64,000 bases of DNA, taken from the IMG/VR virus record IMGVR_UViG_3300050343_000182; one strand, written 5' to 3'. The position numbers and the translations under genes were made by a program. Below are positions 26,791 through 33,432 of the stretch, piece after piece (position 1 is the stretch's first letter; every line of letters starts with the position of its first letter). Source of the DNA: a virus. The notes under the pieces were generated by a model, which was not told the DNA's origin, did not search any database, and worked only from the letters and a program-made list of their open reading frames with translations.

Positions 26791-27078
26791 ATGGATAAAG
26801 AACTGTCCGACTTTAAGTTGGAACGTAAAGAGTGCCAGAAGTGTGGTGCTACATGGATTAATGGCACCCACGTTTGGCGTGGAACTGGATCATCATCTGA
26901 CTCTTCAGAGTTGGATCTTGCTGGTCTGGTATGTAATAAGTATGGCGACTCACAGTGCATCAATCCCCTGAAAGGGAAAGATGGTGGGCAGACTTGGGAG
27001 TATAGAGCAGGGTATATTGACGGCATGTTGAAGGGTAAAACTGACGCTATGAAACAGTTACGGGACCTTGACATTTGA
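26791..27078 (+). CDS. Cys-containing hypothetical protein
   Basis: CQKCG...LVCNKYGDSQCINP; 3-nt spacing from upstream gene. Confidence 0.7.
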   Translation: MDKELSDFKLERKECQKCGATWINGTHVWRGTGSSSDSSELDLAGLVCNKYGDSQCINPLKGKDGGQTWEYRAGYIDGMLKGKTDAMKQLRDLDI

Positions 27079-27131
27079 ATGTGGCTATGGGGGATAAACC
27101 CCCTACATAACTACAGTTACACAAATAGCAT

Positions 27132-27455
27132 ATGAAGTTTTTCATAGTTTTATTTGCTTCGTTATTCCTCGCGTTGCCAACGTGGGCAGTAGAAGTTACA
27201 ATGGGATCTAACGGAAATCTCATTTTTGAGCCTAACGATATTTCAATTTCCGCTGGGGACACCATAACGTTTACAAATGGTATGCTCCCCCCACACAACA
27301 TCATTGTTGAAGGTCGTGCTGACCTCAGCAGAGAATCACTCATGTTCACTCCTGGAGAAACTCAGGAGATTAAGTTTGCAGATGCAGGCGATTATGAATT
27401 CTTTTGTGGTCCTCACCAAGGCGCTGGTATGACAGGCGTTATTCACGTTAACTAA
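27132..27455 (+). CDS. petE: Plastocyanin
   Basis: Signal peptide, FEP..ISISAGDT, PPHN, YEFFCGPHQGAGMTG (His, Cys, His, Met ligands). Confidence 0.95.
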   Translation: MKFFIVLFASLFLALPTWAVEVTMGSNGNLIFEPNDISISAGDTITFTNGMLPPHNIIVEGRADLSRESLMFTPGETQEIKFADAGDYEFFCGPHQGAGMTGVIHVN

Positions 27456-27458
27456 ATT

Positions 27459-28115
27459 ATGAAAATCTTTTTAGATACTGCTGATGTCTCTGAAATTAAA
27501 AAGGCATACAGCACAGGGTTGATTGATGGCGTCACTACAAATCCGACACTAATTTTGAGATCGGGTGACACCCTTTATAATGTAGCATCAAGACTACTTA
27601 AGGAATGTCCAGAACTTATCAGCGTCTCCACGGAGGTGGTTGCCGAGACAGCTGACGAAATGATTGAGCAAGCAAAAACTTACTTCCCACTAGGTGAAGC
27701 AGTTACAATTAAAGTCCCTTGCACTGTAGAGGGACTGAAGGCATGTAAGGTCCTCTCAGCAGAAGGGATCAAGGTCAATGTAACTCTCATCTTCTCAGTA
27801 GCACAAGCACTGCTAGCGGCGAAAGCAGGGGCAGCATACGTGTCTCCTTTCATTGGTCGCTGTAATGATAACTCATTCAGTGGCATTGAGTTGGTCCGTG
27901 CAATCGCTAATGCATTCAGTGTGCAGATGATGCCTACAGAGATCCTTGCAGCGTCCCTGAGGGATGTGCATCACGTCTCAAGGTGCTATACTTATGGTGC
28001 TAGTACCGTTACTATGCCACCTAAGATCTTCTGGAAGATGTATGATCACGTCTTGACTCGCGAGGGACTTGATCAATTCCAGAAAGACTGGGAATCTGCA
28101 AACACCACAGGCTGA
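27459..28115 (+). CDS. talC: Transaldolase, TalC/FSA family
   Basis: MKIFLDTAD, DGVTTNPTLI, IKVPCT, VNVTLIFS, YVSPFIGR, ILAASLR. Confidence 0.95.
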   Translation: MKIFLDTADVSEIKKAYSTGLIDGVTTNPTLILRSGDTLYNVASRLLKECPELISVSTEVVAETADEMIEQAKTYFPLGEAVTIKVPCTVEGLKACKVLSAEGIKVNVTLIFSVAQALLAAKAGAAYVSPFIGRCNDNSFSGIELVRAIANAFSVQMMPTEILAASLRDVHHVSRCYTYGASTVTMPPKIFWKMYDHVLTREGLDQFQKDWESANTTG

Positions 28116-28119
28116 CACT

Positions 28120-28590
28120 ATGAAAGTTGGGATGATTACTCTTGGTCGTATGGGTGAGGACATTGCTCGCCGTATGATGCAGGATGAGATCAGCGTATTT
28201 TCTTATCAACAGAATTACGAGTTATCAAGTGAGCAGTATGATGCTGGATACATTAGTGGATGCACCACTAGCATCCCACTTCTGGTTGATCAGATTAAGA
28301 AGAAGATGGTATACGGAGTTAAGTCTGGAGAGTCAGTCTTGTTTGAAGAGTCTGGTATCTTTATGCTGTGCATTCCACCTGAGAATGTTGAGCACACACT
28401 TGACCAGTTGTTACCATTAATGGTTGAGGGAGATGTCCTCATCGATTTAAGCAGCTCCGATGCAAAAGCATGTCAAGAGTTAGAATTGTATTGCTCCAAG
28501 TTGGGCATTGCATATATCTACTCTAATGTCTTTGGGTCAAGAGTTGCAATTGACACATGTAGAAAAATCTTTCGCTCGTTAGCACCATGA
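28120..28590 (+). CDS. Truncated, degenerate 6-phosphogluconate dehydrogenase-like protein (nucleotide-binding domain only)
   Basis: MKVGMITLGRMG, GYISGCTTS, EGDVLID, IFRSLAP track phage Gnd N-terminus but the ORF stops at 156 aa. Confidence 0.7.
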   Translation: MKVGMITLGRMGEDIARRMMQDEISVFSYQQNYELSSEQYDAGYISGCTTSIPLLVDQIKKKMVYGVKSGESVLFEESGIFMLCIPPENVEHTLDQLLPLMVEGDVLIDLSSSDAKACQELELYCSKLGIAYIYSNVFGSRVAIDTCRKIFRSLAP

Positions 28591-28718
28591 CCTTCGCCCA
28601 TGTCTTACTTTTCGGATCACTACCCTTTGTATTATCCACAATATATTTCGGGTTACGAAAAGGTGAGAATATCTATTACGAAAGCGACGCCTACTCAGGA
28701 AATGGAACAGCGCATTAG
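28587..28718 (+). CDS. ndhP: NdhP-like small subunit of NDH-1L (43 aa)
   Basis: MTFAHVLLFGSLPFVLSTIYFGLRKGENIYYESDAYSGNGTAH: one TM helix plus the Y-x-(S/T)-D-x-Y-x-GNG(T/S)AH C-terminus of NdhP; ATGA overlap with upstream stop. Confidence 0.8.
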   Translation: MTFAHVLLFGSLPFVLSTIYFGLRKGENIYYESDAYSGNGTAH

Positions 28719-28911
28719 AATGCGATTCGCATTCGCAATGTCCTCCTTCGGGAGGATGTTTAGACCTGACGGTATTACCTTGGAGATGCGAGATATATGT
28801 ACGTGTTGGTCTGAAGACATAGATAGTCTACCACCACCTGCTGCTGATCTCTATCAAGTAGACAGGTATTTCTTGGAGATTTGGAAAAACCGTTATGACC
28901 TCGATCGATAA
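28702..28911 (+). CDS. Hypothetical protein
   Basis: MEQRIRMRFAFAMSSFGRMF...DLYQVDRYFLEIW; start moved from 28600 because the upstream part is occupied by the ndhP-like ORF. Confidence 0.6.
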   Translation: MEQRIRMRFAFAMSSFGRMFRPDGITLEMRDICTCWSEDIDSLPPPAADLYQVDRYFLEIWKNRYDLDR

Positions 28912-29071
28912 GTTAAAGCATCAGATTTATATGTTGAAACTCGAAAATAAACACCTCAAGCAAAGGCTAAAAGAATTAAATAGTGGGTGGGTACATCCTG
29001 ACTCCTGCCTACACAATGAGGATCCATGGGTAAAATGGTGTGGACAAAAGCAATTGCAATTCTGGGAGTAA
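28895..29071 (+). CDS. Hypothetical 58-aa protein
   Basis: MTSIDKLKHQIYMLKLENKHLKQRLKEL, coiled-coil-like; overlaps both neighbours. Confidence 0.4.
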   Translation: MTSIDKLKHQIYMLKLENKHLKQRLKELNSGWVHPDSCLHNEDPWVKWCGQKQLQFWE

Positions 29072-29118
29072 TAGTGTATTCTATTACATGGGGATTAGAC
29101 AATGCTTACTATCATTAG
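29026..29118 (+). CDS. ndhQ: NdhQ-like small membrane protein (30 aa)
   Basis: MGKMVWTKAIAILGVIVYSITWGLDNAYYH matches the NdhQ C-terminal pattern ILG-x-I-xxx-I-x-W-x-L-xx-AY; GAGG 5 nt upstream of ATG. Confidence 0.6.
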   Translation: MGKMVWTKAIAILGVIVYSITWGLDNAYYH

Positions 29119-29127
29119 AGATTAATT

Positions 29128-29328
29128 ATGAGAAACGAAATTCTGAAAGCACTTCGCATCGATGCAGAAGGCAACATTGAAAAGGCACGACTCAATATTG
29201 AGATCTACCTTAAGAATCCAGTAGGCATTGGTGAGCACCCTGATGTGCTCGCTGCCATTCAAGACCAGTTAGATATCATTGCTCACGAGCAAGAGCGCAT
29301 AGACATTCTATCAAAATACTTCCTATAA
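29128..29328 (+). CDS. Conserved phage hypothetical protein
   Basis: NIEIYLKNPVGIGEHPD motif common in phage small proteins. Confidence 0.75.
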   Translation: MRNEILKALRIDAEGNIEKARLNIEIYLKNPVGIGEHPDVLAAIQDQLDIIAHEQERIDILSKYFL

Positions 29329-29501
29329 TGTTACAGTTTGCTAGATTCTGTGGGGTTGTATTAAACAACCCATACGGAATAGGAATCCTGTCCATGAGTT
29401 TAGTCTTTGTCCCTGTCATAGGCATGTGGGCAGTACATAAATATGGTTGGGAGCATTGGGAACCATTCACAAAAAAACATGGAATTCGATCCGAAGGATA
29501 A
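29328..29501 (+). CDS. Small membrane protein (57 aa)
   Basis: TAATG overlap; hydrophobic stretch then HKYGWEHWEPF. Confidence 0.6.
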   Translation: MLQFARFCGVVLNNPYGIGILSMSLVFVPVIGMWAVHKYGWEHWEPFTKKHGIRSEG

Positions 29502-29697
29502 CGAAGGCACATTTGGGTATGAATGGAATATTGAAGACATTTACTTACTCTACCACTGCGTAAAGGAAACAATAAGACTGTGGCCAGGTGCTCCTGCTCG
29601 TCCTTATGAGGAGCAAGAGCATTTGTATGTCATTAGAGACGAACTATATAAGGCAGTATTAGATTACAAATTTCGCTACATGGATGTCGATGAATGA
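29479..29697 (+). CDS. Hypothetical protein
   Basis: EDIYLLYHCV..WPGAPARPYEEQEHL; chained overlaps. Confidence 0.6.
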   Translation: MEFDPKDNEGTFGYEWNIEDIYLLYHCVKETIRLWPGAPARPYEEQEHLYVIRDELYKAVLDYKFRYMDVDE

Positions 29698-29900
29698 ATG
29701 CAAAACTTCTACTTTGCTTAGCCCCTGTTGGGATCATATTCATTATGATGAAGGTTGCAGTCTGGATGTCCGCAGTCAATGTCGAGACTGATTATGTCAG
29801 ACGAGAACCTTTACGCAAACGAGGACCCTTCGTGGCAGACGCATATGCGGACGTTGATGAAGAGGAAGAGGAATATGGAGATCGCACAGATTATAGATGA
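29694..29900 (+). CDS. Small membrane protein with acidic tail
   Basis: N-terminal TM helix, DEEEEEYGD tail; ATGA overlap. Confidence 0.6.
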   Translation: MNAKLLLCLAPVGIIFIMMKVAVWMSAVNVETDYVRREPLRKRGPFVADAYADVDEEEEEYGDRTDYR

Positions 29901-30018
29901 AGCGATTAGAGAGTATTATTCGCTTCAAGGATTGCCAGTCCCAAATTGGAAAAGAAAAGATCCAGACTGGTGGACAGAATATTTAATTAGTTTAGGACTT
30001 GACCCAAAAAACTCGTAA
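29875..30018 (+). CDS. Hypothetical 47-aa protein
   Basis: GAGGA upstream; MEIAQIIDEAIREYY...PDWWTEYL. Confidence 0.5.
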   Translation: MEIAQIIDEAIREYYSLQGLPVPNWKRKDPDWWTEYLISLGLDPKNS

Positions 30019-30024
30019 CAAATT

Positions 30025-30099
30025 ATGGAAATCATCGCAATCGTCGCAGCAATCTTAGTAACATCTGCTGGAGCATATGCATTAACACCTAAGAAATGA
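30025..30099 (+). CDS. Putative 24-aa single-TM peptide
   Basis: MEIIAIVAAILVTSAGAYALTPKK fills the gap exactly and ends in an ATGA overlap. Confidence 0.45.
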   Translation: MEIIAIVAAILVTSAGAYALTPKK

Positions 30100-30305
30100 A
30101 TTTATTATTACGCCCTCTGGATAATGCTAACGACCCTGTGTGGTCGGTTATTATCTGTGTGATACTTGCAGTTGCAGGTGCCTTGTTTGTAGTCATATAC
30201 ATATTAAGACAAGCATTTGCAGAGTTAGAAGATGGGAGTAATGACACCACCAAGCAGGAAGAGCTGCTACAACTTCAGAGTGACGGAGATCAACCGTGTC
30301 CTTGA
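30096..30305 (+). CDS. Small membrane protein
   Basis: NDPVWSVIICVILAVAGALFVVIYIL TM helix. Confidence 0.55.
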   Translation: MNLLLRPLDNANDPVWSVIICVILAVAGALFVVIYILRQAFAELEDGSNDTTKQEELLQLQSDGDQPCP

Positions 30306-30693
30306 TGGTGATACTATCGATGTCACTATTGACCTCGGGTTTGATTTATACAAGAAAGAAAGAGTTAGAGTTGCAGGAGTTGATACGCCAGAGAAAAGGA
30401 CGAGAAACCTAGAGGAGAAAGCACTTGGAATCGACGCAACCAACTGGCTCAAAGAAAAACTCGAAGGCACGCTGGCTGGTGATGATGAGTTGTCTGTTAG
30501 GACTGAACTTGTTGGTGGCACTGGCAAATACGGGCGTCTTCTGGGTTGGCTTTACATTGGGGACGACAGTGTGTCCCTTAACGAGCAAATGATTACTGAA
30601 GGTTTCGCTCATGCATATGATGGCGGCACCAAGGATATGAATTTGGAAAAACTAAAAGAAATTCGTAGGGCACATGGTACTCTGGTAGAGTAA
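30232..30693 (+). CDS. Staphylococcal-nuclease (SNase)-like nuclease
   Basis: RVLDGDTIDV, RVRVAGVDTPE, GKYGRLLG, LNEQMITEGFA..YDGG. Confidence 0.85.
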   Translation: MGVMTPPSRKSCYNFRVTEINRVLDGDTIDVTIDLGFDLYKKERVRVAGVDTPEKRTRNLEEKALGIDATNWLKEKLEGTLAGDDELSVRTELVGGTGKYGRLLGWLYIGDDSVSLNEQMITEGFAHAYDGGTKDMNLEKLKEIRRAHGTLVE

Positions 30694-30698
30694 GTGTA

Positions 30699-31307
30699 AT
30701 GGATATAATGAAATTTGATCAGGTGATGGTCATTGACGATCTCTTCACAGATGATGAGATCCTTTACATGGACACATACTTCACCCACTTTGACGGATGG
30801 CAACTTATCTTTGATAATGCGCCAGACGATACCTTATCCACTTATTCCCTAGGCAGAGCGATTGACTATCCTAACTACGGGGAGTTTGATCACTTCTGTA
30901 TTAAACATGCATTTCTTCGCGCTGGGATTCCCATTCCTTCATTTCACCGAGTCGTTTATAATGCTTTCCGTCTTGGTGATAGTCCTTCTATCCACTGTGA
31001 CGGGGAAGAAATAGACGCACTGAGTTTCCTTGTCTACACGAACAAGGCATGGATACCCGAATGGGGTGGTGAAACTGTCTTCATGATGGGAGATCGAATC
31101 ACAGATACAGTCATTCCTAAACCAGGAAGGATTGTAATATTCCCAGGATTAGTACCTCATGGAGGTAGAGCGCCAACAAGACACTGCCCTGTTGCTGCTA
31201 GATATAGTGCAGTCTTTCAATTCTGTCCTGGACAGGAAGAGGTTGTGCTAGCACACGCAGCAGGTCAGGAGAAAAACAGGAGACCATTCCCGTATGAGCC
31301 AAAATGA
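30699..31307 (+). CDS. 2OG-Fe(II) oxygenase (prolyl-hydroxylase-like)
   Basis: H-C-D, W..EWGGET, PKPGRIVIF, H...R triad. Confidence 0.8.
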   Translation: MDIMKFDQVMVIDDLFTDDEILYMDTYFTHFDGWQLIFDNAPDDTLSTYSLGRAIDYPNYGEFDHFCIKHAFLRAGIPIPSFHRVVYNAFRLGDSPSIHCDGEEIDALSFLVYTNKAWIPEWGGETVFMMGDRITDTVIPKPGRIVIFPGLVPHGGRAPTRHCPVAARYSAVFQFCPGQEEVVLAHAAGQEKNRRPFPYEPK

Positions 31308-32961
31308 GATCTATCTAGGTAATCCTAACCTAAAGAGGGCTAACGTAGCACAGAGCTTCAATGATGAGCAGGTGGCAGAGTTTATCAAGTGCTCTAAGGA
31401 TCCTGTCTACTTCATTAAAAACTACATCCAGATCATCTCGCTGGATCGTGGTTTGATTCCATTTGAGTTGTACGACTTTCAGGAGTCGATGGTCGAAAGA
31501 TTTCATGCGAATAGATTTAATATTGCAAAACTACCACGACAGTCAGGTAAGTCAACTGTTGTTACTGCATATCTGCTGTGGTATATCATTTTTAATGACA
31601 ATGTTAACGTAGCAATCCTTGCTAACAAGGCAGCTACGGCACGAGAGATGTTACAACGTTTGCAACTATCCTATGAAAACCTCCCAAACTGGCTCCAACA
31701 AGGAGTCGTCAACTGGAACAGAGGCAGTCTCGAATTGGAAAACGGAAGCAAGATTATGGCTGCTTCTACTTCAGCTTCTGCCGTCCGTGGTATGTCTTTT
31801 AACATCATATTTCTGGATGAATTCGCCTTTATACCAACGCATATTGCTGACGAGTTCTTTAGCTCTGTGTATCCTACTATTAGTTCTGGTAAATCTACCA
31901 AAGTAATCATCATCTCCACGCCCAAGGGGATGAATATGTTTTACAAACTCTGGCATGATGCAGAGAAGGGCAAGAATGAATACACTACCACAGAAGTCCA
32001 CTGGTCTGAGGTGCCTGGTAGGGATGCTGCATGGAAAGAGCAGACTATTCGCAACACGTCTGAAGAGCAGTTTAACCAGGAATTTGAATGTGAATTTCTG
32101 GGATCGGTTAACACTCTCATTACATCATCTAAACTAAAAACTTTGGTATACGATGATCCTGTGAAGTCCAGTCAAGGACTAGATGTGTATGAAGAGCCAG
32201 TAACCGATCATACTTATGTATGCACGGTGGACGTTGCTCGTGGTATAACTAAAGATTACTCAGCATTCTGTGTATTTGATACTACCACGATCCCATATAA
32301 GTTAGTAGCGAAGTATAGAAACAATAAAATTAAACCATTACTCTTCCCCAATATCATTCATCAGGTAGTGACGAGTTATAATCATGCCTTTACCTTGATT
32401 GAGGTTAATGATATTGGTGGACAGGTGGCAGATATTATGCAGTTTGATCTGGAGTATGACAATCTCCTGATGTCATCCATGCGTGGACGTGCTGGGCAGG
32501 TTGTAGGACAAGGATTCTCTGGGTCTAAGGTGCAACTAGGTGTCAAGATGTCTACCACAGTCAAGAAGACTGGGTGTGCAAACATGAAACAGTTGATTGA
32601 GGATGACAAACTTGTCTTTAATGACTATGATATCATTGCTGAGTTAACTACATTCATCCAGAAGGGACAGGCATGGGAAGCCGAAGAAGGATGTAATGAT
32701 GACCTCTCTATGTGTCTGGTCATATTCTCTTGGTTAGCGACCTCAGACTACTTTAGAGAACTGCATGACAACGATGTCAGGACGCGAATGTATCTGGAGC
32801 AGAAGGAAGCAATTGAAGCAGACATGGCACCGTTTGGATTTATGGATGATGGTCTTCAGGAAGAAGTAATTGTAGATCCACAAGGACAGACATGGCATAA
32901 CGCAGAAAGAGAATCTATTGCTGAGTATGGCGACATGTCGTATATGTGGGATTACCAATGA
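31294..32961 (+). CDS. g17: Terminase large subunit gp17
   Basis: YLGNPNLK, PRQSGKS Walker A, IFLDEFAF Walker B, STPKGMNMFY, QEFECEFLGS. Confidence 0.97.
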   Translation: MSQNEIYLGNPNLKRANVAQSFNDEQVAEFIKCSKDPVYFIKNYIQIISLDRGLIPFELYDFQESMVERFHANRFNIAKLPRQSGKSTVVTAYLLWYIIFNDNVNVAILANKAATAREMLQRLQLSYENLPNWLQQGVVNWNRGSLELENGSKIMAASTSASAVRGMSFNIIFLDEFAFIPTHIADEFFSSVYPTISSGKSTKVIIISTPKGMNMFYKLWHDAEKGKNEYTTTEVHWSEVPGRDAAWKEQTIRNTSEEQFNQEFECEFLGSVNTLITSSKLKTLVYDDPVKSSQGLDVYEEPVTDHTYVCTVDVARGITKDYSAFCVFDTTTIPYKLVAKYRNNKIKPLLFPNIIHQVVTSYNHAFTLIEVNDIGGQVADIMQFDLEYDNLLMSSMRGRAGQVVGQGFSGSKVQLGVKMSTTVKKTGCANMKQLIEDDKLVFNDYDIIAELTTFIQKGQAWEAEEGCNDDLSMCLVIFSWLATSDYFRELHDNDVRTRMYLEQKEAIEADMAPFGFMDDGLQEEVIVDPQGQTWHNAERESIAEYGDMSYMWDYQ

Positions 32962-33143
32962 GTAGCGAATTTGATTACGTTGAAGCACCTACCGAAGGTG
33001 AAGTTGATAAGTGGGGGTTTACTATTAAACCATCTATCAGCGATGAAGAATGCATTCTCCGTTGTATAAAGAATGCACCTGAAGGATGTGATAAAAAACA
33101 AGTTGCCAGATTGGTGCAGGAATGGACTTTGAAGACAACCTAG
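32958..33143 (+). CDS. Hypothetical protein
   Basis: ATGA overlap with g17; VDKWGFTIKP..CLKNAPEG-like motif. Confidence 0.6.
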   Translation: MSSEFDYVEAPTEGEVDKWGFTIKPSISDEECILRCIKNAPEGCDKKQVARLVQEWTLKTT

Positions 33144-33349
33144 ATCTAGAAGAGTTTCTATTTGTAGATAGGCAGTGTCGCAAATGTCTTCGCACCCTGT
33201 CACTGGTAGATCATTTCTATAAGACTAGACCTGATAGAGGTAAGAATGTTTCAGCATATTCTTATACTTGTAAACAGTGTCAAGTAAAGCGTAATGCTGC
33301 TAATAGGAAGAAGAAAAAGATATGGATTACTGAATATCCTGACTGGTGA
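33122..33349 (+). CDS. Zinc-finger-like protein (CxxC...CxxC)
   Basis: CRKC...FYKTR...YSYTCKQC. Confidence 0.65.
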   Translation: MDFEDNLDLEEFLFVDRQCRKCLRTLSLVDHFYKTRPDRGKNVSAYSYTCKQCQVKRNAANRKKKKIWITEYPDW

Positions 33350-33385
33350 TTTCGTCTTGTTTACCCTCTGAAAAACACCGTTATT

Positions 33386-33392
33386 CTAAATA
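33386..33392 (+). promoter_or_regulatory. T4-type late promoter variant (CTAAATA)
   Basis: Intergenic, upstream of g18 and its AGGAG ribosome-binding site. Confidence 0.6.
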
Positions 33393-33432
33393 GTTTCAGC
33401 ATCCGACTAGGAATCTAATCAGGAGAATCTAA

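Noticed and set aside
27068-27100. TTGACA upstream of petE as a sigma70 promoter
   Set aside because: No acceptable -10 box at 16-18 nt spacing.
28600-28701. N-terminal 34 codons of the 103-aa ORF in the track
   Set aside because: This stretch is better explained by the overlapping ndhP-like frame; the real start is probably 28702.
30025-30099. PsbN-like resemblance of the 24-aa peptide
   Set aside because: Only generic hydrophobic similarity; the FGPPS..L.DPF..H.D tail is absent.
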